Below are positions 41,299 to 52,867 of a DNA stretch of 64,000 bases, piece after piece; within the stretch, counting starts at the first letter, position 1; each line of letters starts with the position of its first letter. The stretch is from Lytechinus pictus (Eukaryota). The DNA lies in assembly GCF_037042905.1 (NCBI RefSeq), contig NC_087245.1, positions 37,326,001 through 37,390,000 of the forward strand, written 5' to 3'. The notes beneath the pieces were generated by a model, which worked only from the letters and a program-made list of their open reading frames with translations, was not told where the DNA came from and made no database searches. Made by a program: the position numbers and the translations under genes.

Positions 41299-41853
41299 AG
41301 GTTAAGTCCATCCCAGAAAAAGTTGAACCAGCATAACGCTGAAAATTTCATCAAAATCGGATGTAGAATAAGAAAGTTATGGCATTTTAAAGTTTCACTT
41401 ATTTTTCACAAAACAGTGATTATGCACAACTCAGTGTCATGCGAATGAGTCAGTCGATGATGTCCATCACTCACTATTTCTTTTGTTTTTTATTGTTTGA
41501 ATTATACAATATTTCGTTTTTTACAGATTTGACAATAAGGACCAAGTTGACCGAACCATGTAGTATTAAACAATGCCAATTCCACATGTTCACTTGACAA
41601 TGAGGAGAAAATTAGAATATTTCATATTTCATATAATAACATACAAAAGAAATAAAGTGGTTGACGTCATCAGTCTCCTCATTTGCATACCGACCAGGAT
41701 GTGCATATTACTGTTTTGAGAAATTAAGGGAGACTTAAAAATGTCATAACTTTCTTATTTTACCATCCAATTTTGATGAAATTTTCAGCGTTATGCTTGT
41801 TGGATTTTTCTCTTTTTATTCAAATCAACTTTTTGTTGGGGTGGACTTGTCCT
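41299..41853. mobile_element. MITE with TTAA TSD (Kolobok-like), inverted relative to 5995-6596
   Basis: TTAA|AGGTTAAGTCCATCCCAG...GGGGTGGACTTGTCCT|TTAA. A solo terminal fragment of the family lies at 42361-42393. Confidence 0.85.
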
Positions 41854-43214
41854 TTAACAAGGCCAAAGCGGTCTTGAAAACCACATTGCGACATTTGTAA
41901 GACTAATTAAGATTGCACCCAAGACCACATCAAGCGTTCCCATTGCACGTTTAACTGGTTTCCACTAAACTAATTTAACAAAGTAGATGAGAACGGAGTC
42001 CAAGACTCATTAAAGTAGACCTCCCATCCAAAGCTTATTTTATTCTATTTTATTTCCTGTTCTCTTTCTCCCCCTCTAAATCTTTCTATCGATCTATCTT
42101 CTTTCCCTTGTTCTTTATATTTCTTTATTTCTCGCTCTCTCTCTCTCTTTCTGCCCCTCTCTCTCTCTATCTTCTTTGTATGATTTGATTCTTCCCCTCC
42201 TGTCCGTCTATTCTGCCTATCCCTTTCTCTTACAGTCCTTGTTTTCACCACTTCACAATTCTACCTGAATTTTACTACTTATTAAAGAAAGATTTAAAGA
42301 TAATTTAACTGACAACTATGTGGGGGCCTCCTGTCCCCACCCAGTCAAAACATTAGTTAAAGGTCAAGTCCACCCCAGAAAAATGTTGATTTGTCCTAAA
42401 TTTGCATTCATTAATATGAAGGACAAGATTGCAGGCCAACAAATTTACATTTCCAGTTCACACATCAAGTAGCAACAAGTTCGCTCAATATGACACGGTT
42501 TCTCATGTTATAGAAGAAATTGGCCATAGTTGTGGTTGATTGGATCAATCGCAACTCTTTGTAAGACGGGGCCCTGACTGGTTCCTCGTTAGCCTACTGG
42601 GCGAAATGCGCATGCAGTGATGATCATGATAGGCCGTTTCATTTAGCGATGCGAATAGTCGCTAACCTTTGTGTTACGGGACCCTGGTCATCTCATGGAG
42701 TTTACCAAACACATGTATCTCTTACACTCAAGAATTTGTTATTTCTTGTATTTTTGGAAGTAGGCTAACCAGGTAAAAAAAGTTCATGGTTTATTCATCA
42801 GGGTAAGCTGATCTTTACAGATGTTCCTTGGTGTCGGATCAATCGCATTGTTGGTCAACACTGTTTACTCTCCAGTTTGTTTATAAATAAAATATCATCT
42901 GGGGGCCGTTTCATAACGCTGGTTGTAAGATAAGAGCGACTTTAAGAACGACGTGTGAACCTTTCTTACGCACTAAGTAATCACCACAAGAAAGGATCCA
43001 CATTTTTTTATGACTGCTGCACAAAATTTCCTTTGTGTACCGATAGCAATTTTTTTTACATTGGACTGTACAGAACACAGTTGAAAGCTTTTCCCTTACC
43101 ACCAGAAACGCTACTCAATGTGTGCAGTAAAATCATTCCCTGTCCTAGCGAATGGTCTGAGTCCCAGATCGCCTATAGCACCTAATAGCTTAATCAACCT
43201 GGAGATGGTAAAAT

Positions 43215-43590
43215 GTGGGCTAGTGAATAATGTCTCCAGACTACAGATCATAAGGTCCAGGGGCCCCGTTTCATAAAGAGTTACAACTGTTGTAACTTTG
43301 CCATTATGGCAACTAGGGCGAAAGGGCTAAGCAGCCAATCAAAATCAAGGTTACCATGGTAGTTGCTATAATGGCAAAGCTACAACAGTTGTAACTCTTT
43401 ATGAAACGGGCCCCGGGATTTGATTCCCAACTCTACACTAATGAAATTTACAAAGGCGTTGATCTACCACACTCTATCCAGGTGAGGAAAATACATATCG
43501 GTAAATGGAAGGAATTTACAATTTGAAATGCTATAATAAAAGCACTTTATTGGCAGCTTCACCCGAAAAACCTGAGTAATACTAATAATC
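43215..43590 (+). mobile_element. Old degenerate tRNA-derived SINE interrupted by a MITE
   Basis: The head GTGGGCTAGTGAATAATGTCTCCAGACT...AAGGTCC resumes after the insertion as GGGATTTGATTCC (B box) and AAGGCGTTGATCTAC...ATCCAGGTG. It aligns by eye to the 33307-33575 SINE. Confidence 0.55.
43258..43416. mobile_element. Palindromic MITE (GGGCCCCGTTTCATAAA family)
   Basis: Arms of about 55 bp, GGGCCCCGTTTCATAAAGAGTTACAACTGTTGTAACTTTGCCATTATGGCAACTA, and its near-exact reverse complement. Confidence 0.85.
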
Positions 43591-43929
43591 TGAATTTTTT
43601 CAAAATAAATTTGTACATGCTATATTAATGTTGTATATTATCAATATCATTTTCATCAAAATAATGACATGCGGCAAGACATCACAAGAACTAACCTCAA
43701 TTACTCTTCATAAACACGATGGACATCATGACTTCCTTCTTCAACATCATGGTCCAAATTAACCCATTTCTGTATATGTCAATTCTGACATCTATATCGA
43801 TTATCAAGATTTCTGGATCACATTCCCACGTTCATCATCCTTCAGAAATGTGACCTGCTTTTTTACACATAATTTTTTTTTTCTTCCAGAAATGAATGTT
43901 TTTATTGAAGGTAATAATAGCAGAGTATA

Positions 43930-44462
43930 CAGTGCGTCCCAGAAAAAAGGAAACCGGGATTCCCACATCTTTTCCTTCAAATGCAAATTAGCTATGTTTT
44001 TTCATTTACATCAGCATACCATTCAATTATTTCTCTACATTTTGATACCTAATATGTGACGAACACTCCACGCATTAATGAGCAAGACGAGTTTGAAATT
44101 TTAATGTCACAATCAGGTTGCGCTGAAAAATTGGACAAGATTGGTTCCTGATACGACAACCATGCTTCTTCGACGATTGACTCGTTAGCATTTCTTTTGT
44201 ATTCTTTGTTAAGTTTCTCTCACTGATCCCTGAAATGAGAGTCGATTCAGATTCTTACACAAGTTTCTACAAATCGTTTCTGATAGGCCTCAATATTCAT
44301 TGTTTGTAACCTGCCATACATGAATGATCTGCTAAGCTGTTGGTCTCAAATTAAAGATGAGATTCCACTCTTACCATCAGTATCAAATTCATCGTAAAAA
44401 CATGTTTGATAATTTTGAAATTTATCTCTGAAAACGGGTTTCCTTTTTTGTGGGACGCCCTG
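43930..44462. mobile_element. Tc1/mariner-type MITE
   Basis: TA|CAGTGCGTCCCAGAAAAAAGGAAACC...GGTTTCCTTTTTTGTGGGACGCCCTG|TA: 26-bp TIRs with two mismatches and a TA TSD. Confidence 0.85.
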
Positions 44463-45774
44463 TATACCATGAATAAGGTAAAATTAGACGAGAATCGGGG
44501 TGAAAATATTGATTCCAGTAGCAGTTTCCACACAAGACACTTCCCTTAATAGAGTAAATTAGCATCTCAGAGATAGGCAAATTTCCTGCCCCAGCTAAAA
44601 TTATAGACAATTGAAGAGAATTAGGACTCTAGTGTCAGGAAATGTGACAGATCAGATGGAAATGACAAATAAAAAAAAAAGAGTTCATGCGCTAAAAGAT
44701 AAAAGCACTTTTGACGATAAAGATTCCATATGACAATAAGCTGATTGCAAGAGACTTCAGATATGTTTAGTATTATAAAACTTTGATCTATATCATTTAG
44801 GATGAAGATATATTTCTAAATATATGACATGACGACATGTTACAGCAGAGATTGAATTCAAATATAAAAATTTCTCACTGAGGAAGATAAGATTCATGCA
44901 TAGATGCCCTTTGACAGAAAATAAGAAATATCTATCGCTATTATTGTTAGTCAAAACAAATAAATTTAACTATATTTTATTGGCCATTAAAACCCAACTA
45001 AAGCAAGTTCTAGTTACAAGGAGCAAACACATTTTATTTTTTTCAGAGCACCCTTATAAACAAAAAGTATTTTGTGCATCCCACATTTTCTGTCATGGTG
45101 TTACACTTTAGGCGCTGTCCAGATCGGTATAAATAGAATCTAACAAAATTTTCTTTTAAATTCATAAAAAATTCTAGAGGTTAAAAACATACAAAAGCAT
45201 GGTTTATATTTAGACGATGGAGGAGTGACGTAAAAAAAACAACTTCATGCTCTCTGCTGCTTCCCGGCACGTCACGTTGGAATGATGAATTTCAAATTCA
45301 GTGCTGCCTCCACTAAATGCTTTCCCAATGTTTTTGTTTTTGTTCTTCTCCCTTTCTTCTCTCATAAATCTTTCGACCCACATCCATCCCCCCATCTCCG
45401 AATCTAGAATAGATTAACACGCTAAGGTTGACCCTAATCTTGCATTTCCTCAATGTGAATTTCAATTAGAGCTGTATTGAATGAAGCATATTTATCTTTC
45501 AAATCTTGAACTTTATTGAAATTCAAATAGTCCTTTAAGAAAAGTAACATCAAAAGAAATACTTGCATGCAGTTATACAGATTGTTTGTTGGGGTTGGGG
45601 GTTAGTCTGCAGGAGCAGACCCTGATTGAAACTTTGATCAACAAGTGGGTATCAACGCAAAGACAAGCACATACAAAACTTGCCGTTTCAATTCTGAGCG
45701 AGAGGGCCTTCAGTACACAAGGCATCATAGGTTGCACATTCAAGCCCTTAACTCGAGTGAAGGGTTTACAATTG

Positions 45775-46590
45775 GAGAGCGTTGTTGGCTCAGTCTGTAC
45801 CGCGTCTGCCCGTCGAACCAAAGATTGTGGGTTTGAGTCCACCCCGGGCAGATAACTGAAGCCAGTGCGTTGTGTGTAAACGTCTCTCCCATGTTTCATA
45901 GATGCAGGCTATGTTACAATGGAAAACACTCTGTCCCTCGCACGTTAAGAACCCACTGCACTATTCGTATAAGAGTAGGGGGAAACCCCGGTGTAGAGGT
46001 CCAACTGCACTCCCCCCAATCAGTTAAATCGGGAGGAGAGACCTGCGGGTCATAGTGATAAAGAGGCCGTTCTCATTACGCTTTCTAAAACTAGTTTACT
46101 GGAAACCGATTCAGGAAACCACTTTGGAAGATCGCTTTGCTAGCGTTCCCACTTGATCACGCGAAAGTGGTTTTCAAAATCACTTCACGTAAAGCGCTCT
46201 TGTTGCTATGGAAACGCTCTCAGTGGGGTGACACGTTTCGCGCGAAATTCGAAACTGCAGCATAGGCATTCTACACCTGTCGTGTGGAGTAGCGCGCTCA
46301 AAATGTGCGAAGATCGCTTCCCGAAGAACGGTTGTGTCCTCACTTACGCTAAAACCAGTTTAACGAGGCAAAGCGATCTTGAAAACTACATCGCGAGGTG
46401 GTTTTCCAAACTGGTTTGGAAGATCGCTTCCAAGACCGCTTCGACCGCTCTCACTACGCGTTAAACTAGTTTCCACTAAACTAGTTTCCAGTAAACTAGT
46501 TTTAGGAACGTAGTGAGAACTGCCTCTCAGTTCGCTTTTTGTCTCCAAGACACAGGTGATGCCAAACAATTAATAATAATAATAATAATA
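45775..46590 (+). mobile_element. tRNA-derived SINE (distinct body family) interrupted by a MITE
   Basis: A box TGGCTCAGTCTG, B box GGTTTGAGTCC and body GCACGTTAAGAACCCACTGCACTATTCGTATAAGAGTAGGGG. The 3' part and (AAT)n tail at 46528-46590 follow the insertion. Confidence 0.7.
46062..46527. mobile_element. MITE with AGAGGC...GCCTCT termini
   Basis: AGAGGCCGTTCTCATTACG versus right-end reverse complement AGAGGCAGTTCTCACTACG. Repeated AAACTAGTTT and GAAGATCGCTT internal motifs. TSD ambiguous. Confidence 0.8.
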
Positions 46591-46983
46591 AAACACAGCA
46601 GACTAGGTAGGGTTTACCATCCCCGTTTGGCAGCATTTACATGCATGTGTGGGGGGAGGAGGTGGGTGTGTATGTGTGAGGGTACGTAAATGTGGATCAA
46701 AGCCGTAGAACGAATTCCTGAATGTTGGATTCCAACACGTCAACATTCAATGTCTAATCACATTTTTCAAGCAAGAGTCGGAAAAATCAATAATCATCAG
46801 CTGTAGGAGGAAGCATGGTCTTACAAAATGAGTTCTAAATCTCCTCCTGCCAATCATTATCGATACTTGACCTGCTCTCAAAATTAGGTTAACGACATGC
46901 CTTGATAACTCTATCATTTTCCCACTGAGCTCACACATAGAGCGATATTCACTGGAATCGATTTACTGAACAAGTATATCTGA

Positions 46984-47197
46984 GGTGTAACGACATTTGC
47001 TCCTGCGATGTGTGCTCCAGTCTTAATATCTCAGAGGGCATAGGGTTAGAGTTAGGATTGTAAAAGAGTTTTTGGTTAAGAATAATGTAAAGATAAGGAT
47101 TGGGATTTATTTAGTCTTGGAGATTAGGTTTTATGTTTGGCTTAACGTGCAGATTTTCCATCGCAGCAACTGTCGCCAGAGCAAATGTCATGGAACA
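46984..47197. mobile_element. Small MITE related to 22311-22503
   Basis: GACATTTGCTC...GAGCAAATGTC inverted termini with an internal GGGTTAG-like degenerate repeat. Confidence 0.6.
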
Positions 47198-47588
47198 TAT
47201 TTGAGAGTGATCAGTTTGTCATTGATGGACATTTAAAAAAAAATCTACTTTAGAGCCTAATAAATATTGATTTACACTGTGTCATGGATAACTTTTTGGT
47301 TCATCATTCATGGAGGGTATCAATATTAGGCCCGTTTTGAAAGTCCATTTTTGATGCACATGTACACGGCGTGTTTTTCGGTCATGTACACGGCGTGTTT
47401 TTCGGTCGTGTACACGTTGTGAACACTGAGAGCCAGTTATGTTACGTAATATGATAACTTGCGTTGTAATTTCAGTGGATTTGTTATCACTACAGCCCCT
47501 CCAAATCCTCGCGTGACCGCAATATACATGCTAGGGTTTGTAACGTTTGTAAAGTTTCTAAAATGAAGACTATATAGTACTCAACCAG

Positions 47589-47746
47589 TGAACAGAGGGC
47601 AGCATACTGATACGTTAAGATCACAGGTTGGTCTACTTGTGACACGGTTGTCAGGAGAGGTGAACCACCTTCATAAGTCATCAGACATACAAGTAGACTG
47701 AACTCTCGATAATGCCATAACAGATTTCACCAACAGAGGGCAGCAT
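47589..47746 (+). promoter_or_regulatory. Pair of same-orientation CTCF-like motifs
   Basis: AACAGAGGGCAGCAT occurs at 47591-47605 and 47732-47746. The second reads CCAACAGAGGGCAGCA, close to the CTCF core consensus. Confidence 0.35.
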
Positions 47747-48197
47747 TCAGCATTGGGAATGGCACACTTTCAACCCCCCTTCAAATTCAAATGATCAAGA
47801 AATTAAAAACCCAGAACCTTTTCAGAGATCACATTCCCCCTTTCCGGTGCTGTTCCAGATAGAATGGCATGGTGTGTAGGGAATGAACGGACGTTAGGGG
47901 TCGTATATTCACTTCTGTGTTTGTGCACTATCTACTGGAATGAGACCCATCCACTGCACAAATACTGTTTGTTCAAAACAGTGGACTCATGAATAAAATA
48001 ACATGCTCTACCATGGCAACAACCATCAATTTAGCATATTCGCATTGGACTTTTTTAATATACCTGGTAAATTAAGCGTAATCTAAACATGAAATCTGCA
48101 TTAACCATGGGTTCAAACGACGGTCTTCAAAACCACCTGTGTGGATTCGGGCCGATGTGTCGGACTCAGATTATGATTAGAGGAAATAAAACCTTAC

Positions 48198-48302
48198 CTG
48201 TGGGGGTTGTCTGTTGAATGTTACCCGTCTGTCCGCTTTGGCCTTCGGCCTTGCTTCCACCTCCTCTGTATCTGATAAACCTTGGATCTGGATTTGGTAT
48301 GA
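48198..48302 (-). CDS. Candidate internal exon (105 nt) of an unidentified large gene
   Basis: Minus strand reads branch-like ACTGATT, then GTTTTCTTTGTCTGTTATTTTGTCAACAG| acceptor, the exon, and ...CCACAG|GTAAGG donor. Length is divisible by 3 and GC is higher than the flanks. Two frames are open: SYQIQIQGLSDTEEVEARPKAKADRRVTFNRQPPQ (phase 0) or IPNPDPRFIRYRGGGSKAEGQSGQTGNIQQTTPT (phase 1). Confidence 0.6.
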
Positions 48303-49606
48303 CTGTTGACAAAATAACAGACAAAGAAAACAATCAGTCGGTTGAGCTATATCATATCACATGGAGCTGCCAAATCTGGGTAACCAAAAAAAAGGAATCA
48401 AAATGGCAAAAATAGAGGAATTCCTCAACACGACCTTTAAAGATAAATGATAGTTGTTGCAGGAAACACTGATTCCATGAGAAATCCTGTAAAACCAAGG
48501 TTAATTGTCATCATGTCGTCCTACATCTAGATTTTGTAGAGTTACATAAACTCCATGATCTCCATGATCGACCATTTTCACAAGAACTACATTTTTTTGA
48601 CAATGTGAACCTTGCCACAAAAAAGCTTGTAGGGGCTTAATAATATATCACTTTATCATGCAAATGACAAGTGAAAATGAAAAATTATCAATGACAAAAA
48701 TTTGAAAAAACATTGAGGAAATAATAAGAAAAAGATGAAGAGGTATAGGCTTCAGGCAGAGCTTCATGTAAATTATGTTATTCATTGTCTGTATTTTTAC
48801 AATAAAAGAACATTTTTGTTTTCAGTCTGCAAGCCATCAGATCAGTATATAACTATTTTTTTTTCAGTTACAGAAGGAGTGATGCTTTATACAGTCACAT
48901 ATATTTCAATATGCGTCCCATACATTATTCATGATCAAAATTATTAGTCACACAAAGTCATTAAATACTTTAAGGCCCCAGAATACTTAGAAAGGTGTAG
49001 CTTTCCTATATTGAATGAAAAATATGAGTTAAGTCCACAGTTATCATGACATCATACATATCCCATCAGAATTTTGTCAATAGCCCATCACCATTTTCCC
49101 CCAAAAAATCAAAGTTAAGGAATAGTGAATTATGATATGAATATCTATTTGTATCATGACCTCTTTCTTCCATTATCCCAACTAGTCCTGTATCAGACCC
49201 AAAATCCATATCTAAATTCTGTAAAATTCCTGCAAAAAAAAAAGAGGAAAAAAATCCCATGCAAAGTCCATGAAACCAAGATGAAATAACTTTAACTTTG
49301 TTTGCTGCCATCTTTTGTCGATTGTTGAGTCAGGCTTTGTGGTACCCCAGCACGATATAAGTGATGAAATTCAATTTGTAAACTCAATAAATACAGCTGC
49401 CAAATAGTAATTCAAAAGAACCTCGTTGGGTTGAGAGTTAAGAGGAATTTTTGAATGATTTATGGAAAAAAAATCATTTCCTGATTTAAGTGCAAGTTAA
49501 AAAAACAAAGATATTTGAAACAAAAATCAATTTCATTTATAAACATCTAATTGTCAATTGGAAAGTGTAAACATATTTATTTGACAGGGAAGAGGAGTTA
49601 TATTTC

Positions 49607-50212
49607 AAAAATATTAATAGATTATTTGTAGACTTATTAATAGACAGACATGGGTGTATCAAACTATGTCTGTTCATAACATTTATCTCTGTCAATAATC
49701 AGATGTTTGCAGTGCCATCAGAACTCAAAAGATTTTCATTACAAAGATTGTAAGTACTTCTAGGAAAGTCTAATAGAAAATGAAAGTTTTCCATAGTTGC
49801 TTCTTTTAATAGAACTATCAAACAAATATATTGTCTTGTATAGTCATTCACACACTTTATATAGCCTGAAGTATAGAAAACTTGCGGTAAACACAAATAG
49901 ACCATAAAATATTAATAGATTATTTGTATAGTTATTAACAGACATGGGTGTATCAAACTATGTCTATTCATGGCATTTATCACTGTCAACAATCAGAAGA
50001 AGTTTGCAGTGCCATCAGAACTCAAGATATTTTTAATACAAAGATTGTAATAACTACCAGTAAAGTCCAATAGAAAATGAAACATTAGTTTCATAATTGC
50101 TTCTTTTAACAGTACTATCAAACTAATATATTGTCTTCTTATAGTAATTCACAGACTTTATATAGCCTGAAGTACAGAAAACTTGCGGTAAACACAAATA
50201 GACCATAAATAT
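49607..50212. repeat. Tandem duplication of a unit of about 300 bp (2 diverged copies)
   Basis: AAAATATTAATAGATTATTTGTA starts at about 49608 and 49906. Both copies end GAAAACTTGCGGTAAACACAAATAGACCATAAA. Confidence 0.9.
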
Positions 50213-51503
50213 ACAATCCCTAAATGGGCACAGAATAATACAAATGATTCTTAATTCTCTATTTTCTTATCTCATTATCACTAAAATAAAAAATTCCATC
50301 CCATTATCCCTTTCTTCCATTTAATTTCATATTGAGTTCTCAAAAGTTATTGAATTTTTTTCCTGCGCTATTTCTTAAATCATTAACTCTCGCCTCCTAC
50401 ATTTCATTAATTTCAAATTCCTCTGACCCCCTCCCCATCTCTTTCTTCCCCTCTCCCTCTCTCCATCTCCACACATAGTTCTTCATTCCCCTCCCCTCTC
50501 CCCATCCTCTACTCACCCCCCACCATTCTCCTCTCCATTCCCTGACTCCCATGGGGCCTGTTCCAAAAGATTTGCAATCAATTCCAATTCAAAAAATTAT
50601 AACGCAATCTGACTTTCGACCAATGAAGTGTTCATATAAGGGTATCGCGCTTGATTTTTTTTTAATGCTCTTAAAAGTAATTTTTTCTTCACTGGGCCCC
50701 AGAAGAACTAATGCCTTCTTGCAGGGAACCTATAAAAGCTTCAAACTCCATAATTTGGTTAAAACCTAAAAATTAGTCACTAGATTCAGATTGTCTTTCT
50801 CTGAATACAAGAAATCAAATAGGTTTCTTGAGCACATGTCATTCAATACTCTAACATTTGATTAATTACTTTGTTTGTATTGAACCTTACAATGCAACTT
50901 ATCAATCAGTCTTAAGTGTATAGCGTTTGTTTTCTGAGTGGGAGTACATTCATGAAACAGATTTATAAAATGAACTAATGTTGAAAGGAAAGACAATGTC
51001 ACATGACTTCAAAATCAACGATGGGGAGCATTCCACTTAGTGTTTTGTCATTGGTTTCCACAGACAAATTTGCTCTAAGCCAATCAGATGCAAGGGTTTT
51101 GGTAGCTTATGACAGCTGTCTGTGAAAATCTCTCAAAAGATTTTTCATGAAACACCCCCCCCCCCCCTGATTCATCATCACTGGTAATCGGTCAGGGAGT
51201 GGATGATCTTCAACCTAAAACAAAATAGGAAGGTAAATATTATACAGTTTTCGGTGATGAATGATTTTCAACATTCTAGTTCACCAGAAAAGTTATGGTT
51301 AATTCAAGACAAGTAAAAGAAAACAAAGAGAAGAGTGATACACAAAATGATCTTGTAATTCTATAACTTTCCTCTCCTATTAATAAAGATAAATGCTTTA
51401 TTTATTTATTATTATTCATTTATGTTTTATTCAACATTTATCATTTAAAAAACAGGTGATGGTAGTTTGGTTCAGTTTTGAAAAGGAAGATCACCCTGTT
51501 TAA

Positions 51504-52099
51504 AGGGAAATCCAGCCTTGGCCATAAAATGTTGTGTTGGGAAAGAGAAAAATAAATTAAACAGAATGGTGAAAGTTTGATAGAAATAGGACAAGCAATA
51601 AGAATGTTATAGCTGCTTTAAAATTGAGATCACTAATACTATGTAGATTTCAAATTGGCAACTGAGTAAGTAAATTATGACAAGGGGCAAGGACAACTTT
51701 CCCATAGGCTATGTACTTTATTATCAGGGATTTGTGGTTTTCTCCTTAGTACCCATTCCCCTGGGGCAGTAATCTAAATATAACCCAGGTAGTATATTGT
51801 TTTATGTCCTCATGAAAGAAAAATATGATTTAAAATAAAACTTTTTGAGAAAATGACATTTTAGCCATAATAATGTATTGGAGTACATGGAAGAGTAGTC
51901 CTTGCCTTACATCACCATGACATCCCATATGCGGCCAATTTGAAGTCTCCATGGGTATAGTGATTACCAATATTTAATACTTTTAAAAATTCATGACTTT
52001 CTTGTTGTTTGTCCAATATTGTTCAAACTTTCACCAATCAACTTGACTGATTTTTCTTTTCCTTGTAAAAACAAGTTTTCATTTGGGTTGGATTCCCCT
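51504..52099. mobile_element. MITE with TTAA TSD (Kolobok-like)
   Basis: TTAA|AGGGAAATCCAGCC...GGTTGGATTCCCCT|TTAA with subterminal inverted TGGTGAAAGTTTGA / TCAAACTTTCACCA. Confidence 0.8.
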
Positions 52100-52628
52100 T
52101 TAATAAACTCAAAGCAAAAATGGAATTCAAATATTGTTTTCTTATTTTGTTTTATTTTGTATTTTGACCTTTTTTCCTGTTTGGGAAGCAGGAGGCAAAA
52201 GAAGAAAATCACAAGGGGGTGGTTGATATCTCTTAAAGCAGATATGAACCAATAGCGCCATCTTGAGTCCTCAGCTACTCATACCTGGCCGGTTCCCTGA
52301 CCCATAATGCTAGTGTAGTCTAGTAATGTAGACCCACTTGAACGATAACATGCTAATTAACTACTCAATACATTAATACCGCAATAATTATGTTACCAAG
52401 TAGTAAATCAATCACTTTTCCTCTCAAAACATTTTAGTTTCTCTCTATAAATACAATTATATAGGTCATTTTATATTCTCTGTAGAATTAGTAGATATCT
52501 GAAAACATATATTTTAAGACTATGTATTGATAACACACAGTCAATGAGAGACCACACACAGGTCACTCCCCCTTTAAAGCATTTCAACAAAAATGTTCTT
52601 TAAATTCATAAAGGGGGAGGGTAAACTA

Positions 52629-52867
52629 CACTGTAAAAACTGCAGTGTTAAAACTGACACCAGTTGGTGTTAATAGAGGACCACACCCTGAGACGTTAAA
52701 ATTACACCCTATAGATTGAACATAACACCAAAGAGTGTAAATGTAACAACCAAAGGTGTTGTAATAACACCTATAGGTGTAAAACTAACACCACCAAATC
52801 AACACCGGTGTAAAATAACTGGTGTGGTCCTCTATGTACACCAGTTAACATCACAGTTTTTGCTGTG
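52629..52867. mobile_element. MITE with CAC...GTG termini and TA TSD
   Basis: TA|CACTGTAAAAACTG...CAGTTTTTGCTGTG|TA with many ACACC/GGTGT internal repeats. A related decayed fragment lies at about 28400-28530. Confidence 0.75.
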
